From Spongospora subterranea f. sp. subterranea (lineage: Eukaryota): 34,916 nt of DNA. The stretch lies in NCBI GenBank assembly GCA_049724395.1, contig JAUGWO010000132.1, positions 1 to 34,916 of the forward strand, written 5' to 3'. Made by a program: the position numbers and the translations under genes. The notes under the pieces are model-generated. The model saw only the letters and a list, made by a program, of their open reading frames with translations, did not search any database and was not told where the DNA came from. How positions within the stretch are numbered: the stretch's first letter is position 1; each line of letters begins with the position of its first letter. Positions 1 through 11,860 of the stretch are shown here, piece by piece.

Positions 1-627
1 CGCAAAGTATGGTAATCAGGCTGTGTAGGCCGAATGCAGCAGGTGCATCCAACCCGCTGACATACAATCGAAGCAATGTCAACTTTTCCGATCTCCAGGT
101 CCCTCGAGATCATTATCTGAACAATTCCCGCAACCTCAATCTATTCTATTTGGCAAAATCGGAAATAGATATATCCTAACCGTGATTGTCATTGTAGGGT
201 ATAACCGCATTACTGATTGATTGGCAATGGGATCATCTGCATGTACATGTAAGGAACACAACAATAGTCCAACAATACAGGAGCAAAACGCAAATGAGAT
301 CACTGGAATCTATGTCCGAATCCCTATTTGATGGGTGAGCTGAAACTGGCAGATTATCTGATCGGCAATTGGACGTCAGCAAACCTTGAGAGCCCTACAC
401 TGTGATTACACACCTGGAGATTCTATAGCCGAATGAGAACTTGCTGAGTGAGGTGAAACAGGATGGGAATTTGGTCGGCAATTAGACGTCAGCACACATT
501 GAATATAGATCTGCACTGTCATTACACACCTTGATAATCGATATCTTCACTGTGATTGGAATCAAACACATCAATTTGATCCGATAACTGTTCCGAATCG
601 GATCCAGCCAACCTCGAAATTGCAAAG
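1..627 (-). pseudogene. Intron-rich gene fragment 'X' of unknown function, copy 1 (runs off the window start)
   Basis: Homologous to 24260-24860 and, inverted, to 27812-28215. The minus strand shows short exon-like blocks separated by GTGTGT...GATCAG intron-like segments (e.g. ISRLAGSDSEQLSDQIDVFDSNHSEDIDYQ|gtgtgt). Confidence 0.55.
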
Positions 628-631
628 GCTG

Positions 632-915
632 AACCTGCTGATGGCCAAGACTGATCAATACCGACGGCGATGTTTGGTTTGCAGCTGCAATTTAAATATA
701 GTAAATCGGCTGGGAACCATGTTGGCAGTGGGCCGAGCAGTACTATCAAACAATCAGTTCGTTCTGTCTAGCATCGCTCAGACTGAACCAACTGAATGTT
801 TGAAAGTACTGCTCGGCGTCTGTCCTAATTTTAGCAACGAATGCCCTCGTTTTGGGATGCGACGTGTTGGAAAAGCTCGTTGATATGAGCATTATATGAT
901 TCCAGTGGGTTGTTG
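632..915 (-). mobile_element. Mutator-like (MULE) transposase C-terminal remnant
   Basis: Frameshifted peptides TNNPLESYNAHINELF and HPKTRAFVAKIRTDAEQYF match the MULE 'RTNNxxESxN' catalytic-Glu region. Paralogous to 24946-25200. Confidence 0.75.
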
Positions 916-1020
916 GTGGTTCCAGCATTTGAGCATCCATATATGAGGGCACACGTTTTGGTGGTTCCACAACGCCATTTAATGGTTCCAGCATTTGTGA
1001 TATTGAGGGCACACGTTTTC
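915..1020. repeat. Short imperfect direct duplication
   Basis: tggttccagcatttg...tgagggcacacgtttt occurs twice (about 917-959 and 983-1019), at the point where MULE homology stops. Confidence 0.7.
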
Positions 1021-1090
1021 AGGGCGCCAGCCAGGTCACAAAATACCCTGGCGTGTTCAGGTTTCTGCCCCTGAACGACCCGCTGAGGAG

Positions 1091-1381
1091 AACAGTAATA
1101 CTCGACAAACACCAGACCAATAATGAAAGTCCTCCTAAGCTCATTTCAAAGCGATTTTTCGACATGGCGGCTGCTGAAAGCTCAACGTATGAGAAGGAAA
1201 AAGTAAGACAAATGACGACTGACGAGGTCAAGAAGTACACGGGGTCGAATGATCGTCATTGTTTTAATTTCTCCTTTTCACGTGGTGAGCTTTCGGCAGC
1301 CGCCATTTCGAAAATCATTTCGATATGAGTTTAGGAGGACTTTCATTTCATTATTGGTCTGGTCTTTGCCGAGTATTAGTT
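1091..1381. repeat. Imperfect inverted repeat (foldback), arms about 1091-1218 and 1253-1381
   Basis: tgaaagtcctcctaagctcat...atggcggctgctgaaagctca pairs with tgagctttcggcagccgccat...atgagtttaggaggactttca. The ORF track shows ELSAAA and MSLGGLS on both strands. Confidence 0.8.
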
Positions 1382-1423
1382 GTACCGCATTGCTATTGCA
1401 GGGATGGGTCCAAAAACGCAGAT

Positions 1424-1934
1424 AAACCTTGTGCAATGCACATATTGATGAACGTCGTCATGAGCATGGTGAAACTGCTCGATTTCGAAGCGCAAGGTTC
1501 GGGATTGTTAATCAACGCAAAGAAAGCAAGAGAGTTAGAAATAGACAAAGGAGACGGTTGCCAGATCAGCATCCTGAAATAGGTCTCATGCCAGGAATGG
1601 AACACACCTGAATACGAAAACATATGCCATTCGGCAGCCTTCATCTTCGTGGTCGATTTCGTGAACGGGTTGAAAACAGCTGGACATCCTTGTGGCAGAC
1701 TCAGCGATGCACTTCGCGTTGAAATAATTGCCCGACTGCCTAGTTTCAACGCCCATGGAGGCACTGTCATAGATTCTTCAATGAGGCACGTTTCTGGCAA
1801 AACGTCTACTTTGTCTTTTTCTAACTCCCTTGCTTTCTTTGAGTTGAATGACATCCCGAACCTTGCGCTTCGAAATCGAGCAGTTTCACCATGCTCATGA
1901 CGACGTTCATCAATATGTGCAATGCACAAGGGTT
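1424..1934. repeat. Inverted repeat, arms about 1424-1555 and 1803-1934, spacer about 250 bp
   Basis: HIDERRHEHGETARFRSARFG is encoded on both strands (1429+ and 1929-). The outer parts of the arms are near-identical. Confidence 0.85.
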
Positions 1935-2356
1935 ATTCTGTCTTGTTGCGTCGAATATGAGGACGATCAAGATGGTTTGCAGAATCAACTTTCTTCGTTA
2001 AAATGTTCCATGACACATTGGTGTTTGTGAACTGGTTCAATGCCATTGGCAATGAAAAAAGTCAATCCTCGCGAGACGGAATTACAGAAATTACCAAAAT
2101 AATCCCAATGTTCAATTAATTCAGATTCTAACCTACGTCTCCGAACTGCCATTATTGCACACAGCGGCTTATCAGGTCGTCAAGCTAAAGAACCACCAAT
2201 AACATCTATCGATTCAATTTTCTTGTGGAAAAACATGAAGGAATTCGTTTCAAGAGTAGTTGAGTGCTGTTGTCTTCGCTTACGGGGGAAAGTTGTTCCC
2301 AGCCCCTTCGGCCATGAAATCCATGTATCCATTCGGGTTTATTTGTTTGATTTCAT

Positions 2357-4934
2357 CTAACTTGTCTGTTGAGTCACTGGAGGATCAACCCCTGAGCTAA
2401 CCTTGCGATGGCGAGATTCATAGTGACAGATAGAAGAGTCCTTTGTGCCTGGTCCAGGACAGCATTCGCAACTGAACTTTCTGTAGTGTACTGATTCTCC
2501 CCATCTCCGAACAAATTCGTCAACACTTCCAGCGCAATGACGATGTAAACAATTGAACATAGGACGGCATGCTCTGATCAAAGTGGTTAAACCCGGATTA
2601 GGCGATCTCATTTTTGCTGTCTTCACAATCACGAACTGATCATACTCTTCGAAAATTTCGAAAAGCGCTGACAGGAGGTCTCGGGTTGATTTCCTGCGAA
2701 GAAGAAGTCGTGATGGAATATCAAATGGTCGGTCGATCCATCCGCATTCAACGGACTCCACGCCCTGACATCTCCGCGAGCCGAATTGCCCATGTGCAAA
2801 TCGATTACCCCATTTTCGAATAAACTCATTTGTATCTTTGCCACAGTGATGAACAAAGCACCCCCAGATGGGTTTCGAAGACTGGTTATAATATTGTCGA
2901 AGAAGCAAATGAGCCATGGCGCCACTTGATCGGTAATTCTCGTTAAATTTCCAGCACAGATTGAGTTTTTCTTCTGCTGTTTTTGACATTGAAACAGCAA
3001 CAGCAAGAGTTTTGAGATCCAATAAACCTTTATCTCTGAAAGCACAAATGGTCATGAAGTTTTTCTAAAAAACATGAATAAAAACCTGTAGTTAGGGTTT
3101 CTGACAATTCTCGTCCTCTGGGAACCGCAGGTGTGATGATTTGATCCACGCCCGGGGCAGGAATCCAATCCAAATTTACTGTGGTTGAAACACGTTCCCC
3201 AACGTGTCTGGAACAGGTCCATGTCTTTGCCACAACATTTCACAAGACATTGAAGGACGGGGATACAGATTTTCTTAAGGCAATTAATCACATTAGGAGT
3301 AATACTGCAGCCCGATCTTCTGCAAGCGACGAGTTTCAAAACAAAATTTGAAATTGAGATCAGTTTTTGCATTGTGCTGGTTGCCTTGCCAATTAGCTTA
3401 TGTGGAGGAACACCGATGTTGTGCTGTCCGACCTCAACCTTATCCCGCCCCGACTTTCCGTGCATCAATAGTTCCATTATGTGTTCCGTTATGGCGAAAC
3501 TGTCGTGAAACTCGACCTGTTCTGGATTCGTCTCCTTTCCCTAAGCAGACGATACCGTTTATGATCATGAAATTTCAGACAGAGCGGGGAACCAGAGCTC
3601 TGACCAGAAACACACTGAGGCTATGATAGTCTTTGACCTCATCCAGGTCCCAGTTTAAGAGCGGACCGAGGATTCTCCATCCCACCACGTACTTGGCACT
3701 ACGGAAATGAACTATTTTGCGATTATGCTTCGGAGATGCTTCCTATTACGCCATCAGCAGATATTGGTAATCACAATCCTTGGCAATCGCTTACTGGCAC
3801 GAAACTCTCACAAACATCAACTGGCTGGATTTTTGAATTAATCGAATTTTCGATGCGACAATCGGAAGTTTTGCCGTCTACGCTTTCAATTGACTGTTGA
3901 CCATCAATACCGGTACGGGATGCATCACGGTTTGAAGTCGTGCTCAGGGTCCAATCCTAAGGCAAACTTAGCATACTCAAACACAATTTGGACATGGACT
4001 GAACGGCAGAGTTTCTGGAAGAGCTGTCACCAGACTGGTGGGCGTTAATGTTAGGGGACACGAGAATCTCGAGAAAGTCTTTTGACTGCAACATTTCCGA
4101 ATCTATTGGAATTCGATTTAGATCGATAAGGCAATCGAAGTTCCCGTCCTCTTGGCTCAACTGTTGAGAATCGAAACTGATCTGGGACGCGCCTTTCGAA
4201 CCGGGGCTCCAGTCCCATATCTAAAAACGCACTCAACAAGCCGAATCATTGTATAAAGATGAACTCAAAACTGCTACATTCATCGAAGAACGTTCACCAA
4301 ACTGGTGGGCGTTTCTATTCGCGGGCACGAGATTCTCGGGAAAGTCTGTTGACGGCGAAATTTCCGAATCAATAGGAATTCGATTTAGATCGATAAGGCA
4401 ATTGAGGTTCTCGCCTTCTTGGCTCATCTGTTGAGAATCGATACTGATATGGGAGGCGTCAATTTTCGAACCGGGGCTCGAGTGCCATTTCTAAAGAAAC
4501 TCTCAACAAGCCGAATCTCTATATGAAAATGAACTGAACGACTACATTCATCGAAGGACTTTCACAAAACTGGTGGACACGATTGATATTGGGAAAATCA
4601 AGCGCCATCAAGGAATTGCTTTGCAGCAAATTTGACTGCAATGTCGAAGATTCCAATACTTGAAAGTGTGAACCTTTGGTCTTGTTATTGAGCATTGCCA
4701 ACTCCTGAGACGGCGAAATGGTGTCCTGCAAAGACCAATGCTCTCAAAATTTGGTGCTGCTTTGGAGCGACATTCAACGATCCATACCGACATAGTCGAG
4801 GAGGCGATTCTTGTGGCGGCATTGCCCAGACTTGAGCCAAGCGGTTCGGCCGAACCATGACCAGGTTCGGTTGTCACACATCGAGTCGGTGTGGTCGCCA
4901 CCAGCAGCAATATAAACAACTTGAGGACACGCAT
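2357..4934 (-). CDS. Putative secreted protein with three C-terminal Cys/His repeats, paralog A (8 exons, about 733 aa)
   Basis: Manual splice model: 4934-4788, 4725-4540, 4490-4272, 4220-4005, 3956-3795, 3742-3605, 3540-3086, 3035-2357. All introns are GT-AG and the frame stays open (2202 nt). The N-terminus MRVLKLFILLLVATTPTRC is signal-peptide-like. Intron positions match paralogs B and C. Confidence 0.75.
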
Positions 4935-5049
4935 TGGAGGAATGGATGGCGCAACAGTCGCGCCGTTCGCCAAAGGGCAAGGATGAGTTCAGAGCCAAGC
5001 AAGAGACGAACTGTTCTATGTGTCATAAACCAGGGTTCAGATACCCGAT

Positions 5050-5470
5050 TATCCTCTCCAATCTAATCACCTTTCCTGTTATGATTTAGCTCTCCATTTG
5101 ATTGGTCCGTTGTTCTACCACATGTTCCATCACGTATTGACTGCTTATCGAAGCCAATGTCGTAGGAAAGAGTGACGTTCGACCTGCCACGTTTGGTTCA
5201 ATCTGTTGATGAGATCAAATAATGGCGGGTAGTTATCTCGAAACATCTTGTTTTGTTTAAGAACGCCCTTCAATCTTCCTATCCCGGCAACGGAACTAGA
5301 CGATTTTACACTTCATTGCACCGATTTCGCTTTACAATTCAAATCTTGACGCTGCTGAAGTGGATCGGAATACATCGTCACCAAAAGTGGAGACAGGATC
5401 GAACGTGTTGAGGCATTAGCCCTGGTCGCCGTCGTTTGGCTGAGCCTTTACGACTGGCTTCCAATGGCAG
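5050..5470 (-). promoter_or_regulatory. Conserved upstream non-coding block shared by the paralogs
   Basis: Strongly similar to 23195-23515 and, inverted, to 28218-28650. It lies 5' of the ATG in all three complete copies. A regulatory role is inferred from position only. Confidence 0.45.
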
Positions 5471-6964
5471 AATTTGACAGGTCTATCACGTCGATCTCGA
5501 GAATAATAGCTCGTCGTGATCGGGGCTCAGCACAAGGATATTATAGAGACGCGTCTGTCGAAATAAACACTTGCGATCTATGGCGCCTGTCACGAGGAGG
5601 ACGAAAATGGAACAATCGGGGAGACGAGAACCAGGGTTGTTGTGGAGGAAGGAGGTACAAGGTCAGGCTTAAACACCATCCCGCTTATTGGGGTTTCGCA
5701 TGTGAAATCTGCGAATCGCCTGCTGTATTGGAAGCGAATGTTGACTACGAGTTCTTACTGGTTCCCAAGGTCGTTCAGATGGAGGATAACCTTACCAACC
5801 ATACATCTTGTACAGCAAAGAAAGGTTATGGAATTTTTCCTAGATAAACGGGGGGGATGGAGGTGCTTCTGGATATCGATTTGACATATTATTTTGACGA
5901 TAAGGATCGAGTTGCGAAACGTGCGACACGTCATTGATTTTTCAGGCTAGTTGACAACGCGAGGCGAAAGGTCACGTCATTTATCTTTGTCGTTATGAGA
6001 AATGGGCCAATGTCTCGACAACGTTGACAAATTGGTTCTTTTTAGTAGTAATTGGTCATTGACTTGGAATGTTGGACTGGGGCAACGACGACGATCAGGC
6101 GAAAAAACGTTAGGTTTGACATCACATCCACACCTAGTATTGCATCAATCAGATTCAGAAAACACATGAAAATACTTTGGCGGTCAATAGCATATACCAA
6201 AGAGCTCATCAAGATACGCCACATTCCTTGGGAAATTATCGTCGGCGTTGCCCACCGAGAACGACCCTTTTTCCCCCAAGAGGTCCGTATTGCCGTCCTT
6301 GCCCTAATTTACACACGATCTACGAAGAACATTCCGACAAATGGTATTAATCTCGAACCGAAGGTGATGGAAATATTGTCAGCTATGGTTCTATCGAGCT
6401 ACTAATTACATATCGGTGTCTAAAATGAATACAGTCCCGTCAAATTTTCCGGTTTTCATACCAGATGTGATTGAGACTGAGCCGCAACTGTAATAAGGCG
6501 AAGGACATAAAGGTTGACATACGGTCCAAACATCCACAAACGAACAGGACTCGGCAACGGAACATCCAACGTGTGCAACTACAATAAACAAACAACATTT
6601 GAAAACGTACTCGTTCGCAGGTAATTGCACATTCGAAGTGATCAGGTACGTCAGGAACAATACCGGTACGTGCTAGTACACCAACAAGAAAATATATGCC
6701 AGAGATCCACAGCATGGAAGAACGATACAATCGAAAATTCTGAACTACGCTGGATCATTACCAAACGATGAAAATTATAGCCTACTTGGAACAAGACAGA
6801 CAATGGGCGGCTGACTTTTCTAAACAAAAAATTGCTGGTGCAGTATGTTAAAAGCCACATCATCATAATTAGCCAGGCAACGCAACCATTGACTACTGAT
6901 TTACGGACGTGGACTCAATTTGCCTTCCCAAAACTACAAGACACAGTTCAATGGAAAAACGCGA

Positions 6965-7344
6965 TCTATTCAACCTGCCAGCTGTCCAATAGTCCAGATT
7001 TCAATGGGTTGGACCTTGAGTTTTTCAACGCCATCCAGGCTTTGCAACCCCAGGAGGCTCGAGGACACTTTACGAACTTATCGTGGCTGTGAAGAAATCC
7101 TAAGCGGATATGGCCTCTACAAGTTAGACAATGTTTTTCTGTCGTTGCAGCAGGCTTTCCAAAGCACGCTGAAGGTGAATGGCAACAACAAGTATAAGCT
7201 TGCCCATATGGGTAAAGAGCAGATGGGATACTTCCAACTTCGGTTGTTTGTTGTCAGGAAGTAATTAACAATGCAAAAGAGGCTTTACATTTTACATAAA
7301 TTCACATTGTGAGATCGGACTATCATTTTCGAACGGAAGGAGTA
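6965..7344 (+). mobile_element. Mariner-like (DD39D/PlantMar) transposase 3' fragment with terminal inverted repeat
   Basis: Encodes TCQLSNSPDFNGLDLEFFNAIQALQ and KLDNVFLSLQ...GNNKYKLAHMGK. Ends gatcggactatcattttcgaacggaaggag-TA (7313-7344), resembling the reverse complement of the Stowaway/PlantMar TIR CTCCCTCCGT. Confidence 0.75.
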
Positions 7345-8761
7345 GTTACTGTTGCCATTCACCTTCATCGTCCTTTGGAGAGACTGCTGCAACGACAGAA
7401 AAACATTGTCTAACTTTTCACAGGACATATCTGCATAGCACAGCTACGATAAGTTCGTCAATTGTCCTCGGATCCTCCTGGTGTTGCAAAGCCTGGATGG
7501 CGTTGACAAACCCAAGGTCCAGCACGTTGAAATCCGGGCTATTAGGCGGCTGGCAGGTTAAAGACATTTTCCAGCCACCTGAATTGTCGGCCGCAACTAT
7601 CAATTCCTCATCCACTTTCGCATGCGGACGACCATTGTCCAGCTGGATGTTTATCTTCATATTTCTTGCTCCCGGTGGCCATTTCGATTCGGTTGCTGGA
7701 ATGACATTCTGAGTCATCATCTGCACATATTCAGCTCTCATAGGGTTTCGTTATCGATATCCTTTAGCCCGGTTCTTTGATTTACGCTGACCAAATCTTG
7801 GCGGACAAAGAACCAAATGCCGATCCCATCGAACATTGTCTTCGAGTGAGGATCCCATCTCGGTCGAGCCACTGCTGCTAAAATCATCAATTTCGTAACG
7901 AATTTTTTGCTCTTCAGCGTTGATGCGGCATTTCTTCATCAGGAAGCAGGTAGAAATTTGATTTACACTTGGTCATTAGAACCATTTCTCGTCGACATGA
8001 ACTTAGTCAAAAAGTGATTGAAAAACATTGGAACCCTCGCAAAGCATCGATAACGCAAAACGAAGCCGATGCAGCGTATTTTCCTCTGTTAAAATCGGCG
8101 ACACGGTGCTTGTAACTTCTTGTCAAATTGCCCTCGTTCATTACTTTCCATAACGTAGATATTGGAATATCAGCCCGCATGTGACAAGCTTCTTAAAGTG
8201 ATCCTTTGACGCAACGGCACCTCCGCAATCTTTTGCTTGATTTCGTCACGATTTCTAGGATTCCTGCCCGATCTCCCTTCAATTGGAGATTTAACATTTG
8301 CTGAAATTTGGCCGTTTGTCGAAACATTCTTTCGCTCGATGCCAGATTCGCGAAACTGTTTTAGTTGTTTTAGTACACAGGTGATTTCGCAGCGGATTCT
8401 GTGATGGCTCCAAGTTTCAGAATGTTGAACTGGGAACGTCATGGCAACGCCTGTAAAACTGCGTTTTCTAGTGACATTTGAAGCATTGGATAGCTTTTCA
8501 GGCGACGCATCCGATGGCACCATCATGATCCAGGTACACCAGGTACAATATCCCGCAAACTGACGCGATGGCGAAAAAACTCCGTCGCGACTGTGAACTC
8601 AAAAACGAAATGGCGCGGCCTCCGAGAACTCTTGGAAAAATCCAAAAAGTGTGGATTTATTTGGACATTTTCTTTTTGTTGTTTGACGTCGGTTTTGGAT
8701 AAAAGGGGCGTTAATTTTTACAAGTCCGTTGATCGGACTATCATTTACAACAGAGGGAGTA
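7345..8761 (-). mobile_element. Degenerate DD39D mariner-like element (transposase pseudogene plus 5' TIR)
   Basis: Motifs VHVDEKWF (about 7985-8005) and IQLDNGRPH...QPPNSPDFNVLDLG, with 39 residues between the second and third Asp. N-terminal part contains RQRITLRSL. TIR-like tactccctctgttgtaaatgatagtccgatc at 8731-8761. Stops and frameshifts are present. Confidence 0.85.
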
Positions 8762-8956
8762 TAAGCTGGCCCGTATGGGTAAAGAAAATCTACGGGCAGA
8801 TGGGATACTTCCAACTTCGGTTGTTTGTTGTCAGGAAGCCATTACCAGTGCAAAAGAGGCTTTGCATTTCACATAAATTTACATGGGGAGATCGGACTAT
8901 CGCTTTGAAATGGTAAAATCCGTGGATCGGACTATCATTTCCGAACGGAAGGAGTA
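8762..8956 (+). mobile_element. Second mariner 3'-end fragment with TIR
   Basis: Copy of about 7194-7344 (cagatgggatacttccaacttcggttgtttgttgtcaggaag...), ending gaacggaaggag-TA. Confidence 0.7.
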
Positions 8957-9048
8957 TTTGATACAAAATGAGCATCACCAACATAAGAACTGCGAATCGA
9001 TCCCCAAATACCCAAAAACGGCAACTGTTCACACAATGAACAAAACAA

Positions 9049-9950
9049 GTGAACAATAACAGAAATCTGATTATTGCGCCATGGAACGCATGCTCAGTCA
9101 ATGTGGCTAAGGCAACTGAACTGACTCTTTCTGCAAATCAACACCGAATAGATGTTTTTTGCCTTTCAGAACTGAACAGTCGCCGCAATATTAGTGGATG
9201 TCTACAATTCGAATATACGATGATCGATATACACAATCAGGAATATTCTGGAGAGAACACGTCAAAGAATAGAAAAACCATATCCACCGGCAATACATTT
9301 TTTGCAAATTTGCTATTACAACACAAACTGTTAAATTATACAACGAAATGATACTGATACACACATATATCCCACCTGATATAGACAGACAAACTAGAAG
9401 AGCCTACTGGAAACAGATTCAATTTTTCTCAAAGATAAAAGATTCTCATCACAAAGAATCAATACTAGATAAGAGATTCTGCAAATCAATCACAAAGAAA
9501 TCCACACATAACATACCTAGAAGGAATACAGGAAGAGTTTAAAATGATGAACAATCCTCAAATACCAACCAGAGACCACAGCACGTTGGGTGGTAACTTA
9601 GCAAACAGAAAAATGGCAAAACAGATTACGAAATTTGAAGTTCACACCGAGTGAACAGTGATCATCTACCGACAACCATTGAAATCAGCATTAGAGGAAG
9701 GTTTAATCACACATTACCCCACAATAGAAAACGAATCAAAAAAGTTGACATTAGATCAAGAACACTAGCGGCAGCCATCAATAAACAACCAGATCATAGT
9801 ATGGAAATCACTACCATCCCACAGAAAGCATTCGATACCGCTTTCTTAGATTGATTAGGAGCAAGTTCTGGAACAAGCAAACAAAGGCGGAACTCAAACT
9901 AAGGAACAACTTCAAACACAAATTGCTAACAGCAATGAGAAACAGGTGGG
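9049..9950 (+). mobile_element. Non-LTR retrotransposon (LINE) APE-endonuclease remnant
   Basis: EEP-family motifs in the expected order across broken frames: LIIAPWNACSV, IDVFCLSE, LIHTYIPP, NSDHLPTTIEI. A-rich sense strand. Confidence 0.7.
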
Positions 9951-9959
9951 TCTGGACTC

Positions 9960-10630
9960 TGGAATAACCCTGAAAGCAGAGCTACCAGCCATTCGTTGTT
10001 CATGGTTTAAATAGTCGAGTAATGTCTTTTTATTGGATCATTATACGAGAGTAAAACGCCAAGGATGTAATCCATCTGCGTGTTTTCGGAACAATGCTGC
10101 ACAGATTGCGTAATCAGACGCGTCTGCTTCGACAATAATGCCCAATTCAGGATCAAAATGGGGTAATATAGGAGCCGATACAAAAGCTGACTTTTAAGTT
10201 CTGAAATGAAACATCTGCACTAACATTCCACTGATAGATGGTATCTTTCTTGGTTAACGAGAAAATGGGTTGGTGATACGTGAAAGTTTTTGAATAAACG
10301 CACAAAACGAATGAAGTTCCTTGACAGAATTTGGAAGTGGCTAAGTTAAAATTGCAGATATAGGTTTTGGATCCACGAAAGGACAAGCGGAACCCCAAAA
10401 AATCAATCTTGGACACATGGAGTGCAAATGGGCTCAGATTGGCCAATAAGCTGTGCTGTCGAAGAATTTGCAAAACAGTGTGAACGTGTTGAAACATGTT
10501 CAGCAACGTTCGGATAGAAAATCGAATTGTCGCCTAAAGACACGGCAACAAATCGATCATTGCAACCATGTAGAATGTCGTTCATAAATCGTTGGAAGCA
10601 AGCGGGTGCATTGGCCAAGCCAAAAGGCAG
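9960..10630 (-). mobile_element. Ty3/gypsy LTR retrotransposon RT-RNase H remnant
   Basis: PFGLANAPACFQRFMN, a degenerate YLDD (VAVSLGD), IDFLGF, LTKKD..YQW, and the RNase H motif VEADASDYAI. Frameshifted. Confidence 0.85.
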
Positions 10631-11364
10631 CCCATTATTGGCTAACAGGAAACCTATTTCACTAAATTCTACTTGTCAGCCTTATTCTGGTTTATCATAT
10701 GGCATCGTAGGCTTCCCAATACGGCGACCTCTCCATAAGACATGTTGGGTCAGTATGTAGGATTTGGCTCTCATGATTGTCACCAACGTAGATTGAACCT
10801 TCAAGAAGGTCATTTCTGGAATACTGATGGCACGCTCGGAGCGATTTGACGTGGTTGTGCGTGCTGTCAAGCGATTTTCTCTTGCGATAAACATCCATCT
10901 TTTGTGCTTACAATTTGTTCAAACGACAATGTTCTCAGCGCACTCTGGAATGGCACCGGATGCTCGTAAACGCTTTCTACAATTTGGGAACGAACTGATC
11001 TTCAAAGTTTCAAGACTCCCATCATTTCGTTGTTCATTTCAATTCAGCGAAATCGGAGTTGGCGTCAAACGAATCGAAAAGTTTCTATAGGTAGGGATTA
11101 CAAAAAAGCGGATATTAGGGGGGAGGACGGGCGTATCGGGTGTAGGACGGGTTCAAATCTTAATTGCGTCGTACGATATTGCTGTGAAGTTCTTTCAAGG
11201 GTTGTGACATCGTCCGTATATCACATGCCTGTGAAAACTATTAAGAAATACTGTAGACGGGCAATGACAGTATACCAAATACCTACGAATATCTTGATGA
11301 AAACGATGTCACAGTATATAGTGCCATAACCCACATAGCATCGTATGGACTGTTCCAGACATTA

Positions 11365-11860
11365 ATGCACTAGGCTTGACAATGAGATGGTCATGTTAAA
11401 GTCAGGCGGAAGCGGGAACATCGACTGCAAATATTTGATATTCCTTTGTGGCAGTCCGAATACGGTTATAACCACAGAGTTCCTTTCAGGGAATCTCTTG
11501 ATCTCTAAAGGTAACGCTCATGTCCTCGTCGGTGGAATCCATGATGGCGACAACATCGCTGAAAACTTGGGCATTTACAATAAGTTTGTGAGTTGCAGTC
11601 GGGGCTTGAAGAGTGAACCAATTCGCATATAGATTTCGGGTGACGAACAGTGTCTCCCAGGGATCGGTAACAAGCCGAGTTAGGGAATAGAGAATCGACG
11701 TCATGTTTGACATAATGTGCTGAATCAACTGCTTGCAGATACGTTATATCGTCTATAAAAAGAGCAACTGTAAACCGGCTCACACGTTCTTCCTCGGGAC
11801 TTTGCATTCAATTCCGATAGCCAGAGAATCTTTCGCAATACCAGCTTGTATCGAATGAAT
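11365..11860 (-). pseudogene. Possible degraded coding remnant, family unidentified
   Basis: Overlapping ORFs 11505-11807 and 11486-11728 read as one protein-like sequence across a frameshift. No motif recognised. Confidence 0.2.

Noticed and set aside
3957..4731. Leucine-rich-repeat pseudogene
   Set aside because: There is no LxxLxLxxN periodicity. The repeats are duplicated exons of the linker.
5464..6730. Short ORFs as genes (e.g. SET- or chromodomain-like)
   Set aside because: Only a few residues resemble any motif, and I found no consistent splice model or recognisable domain.
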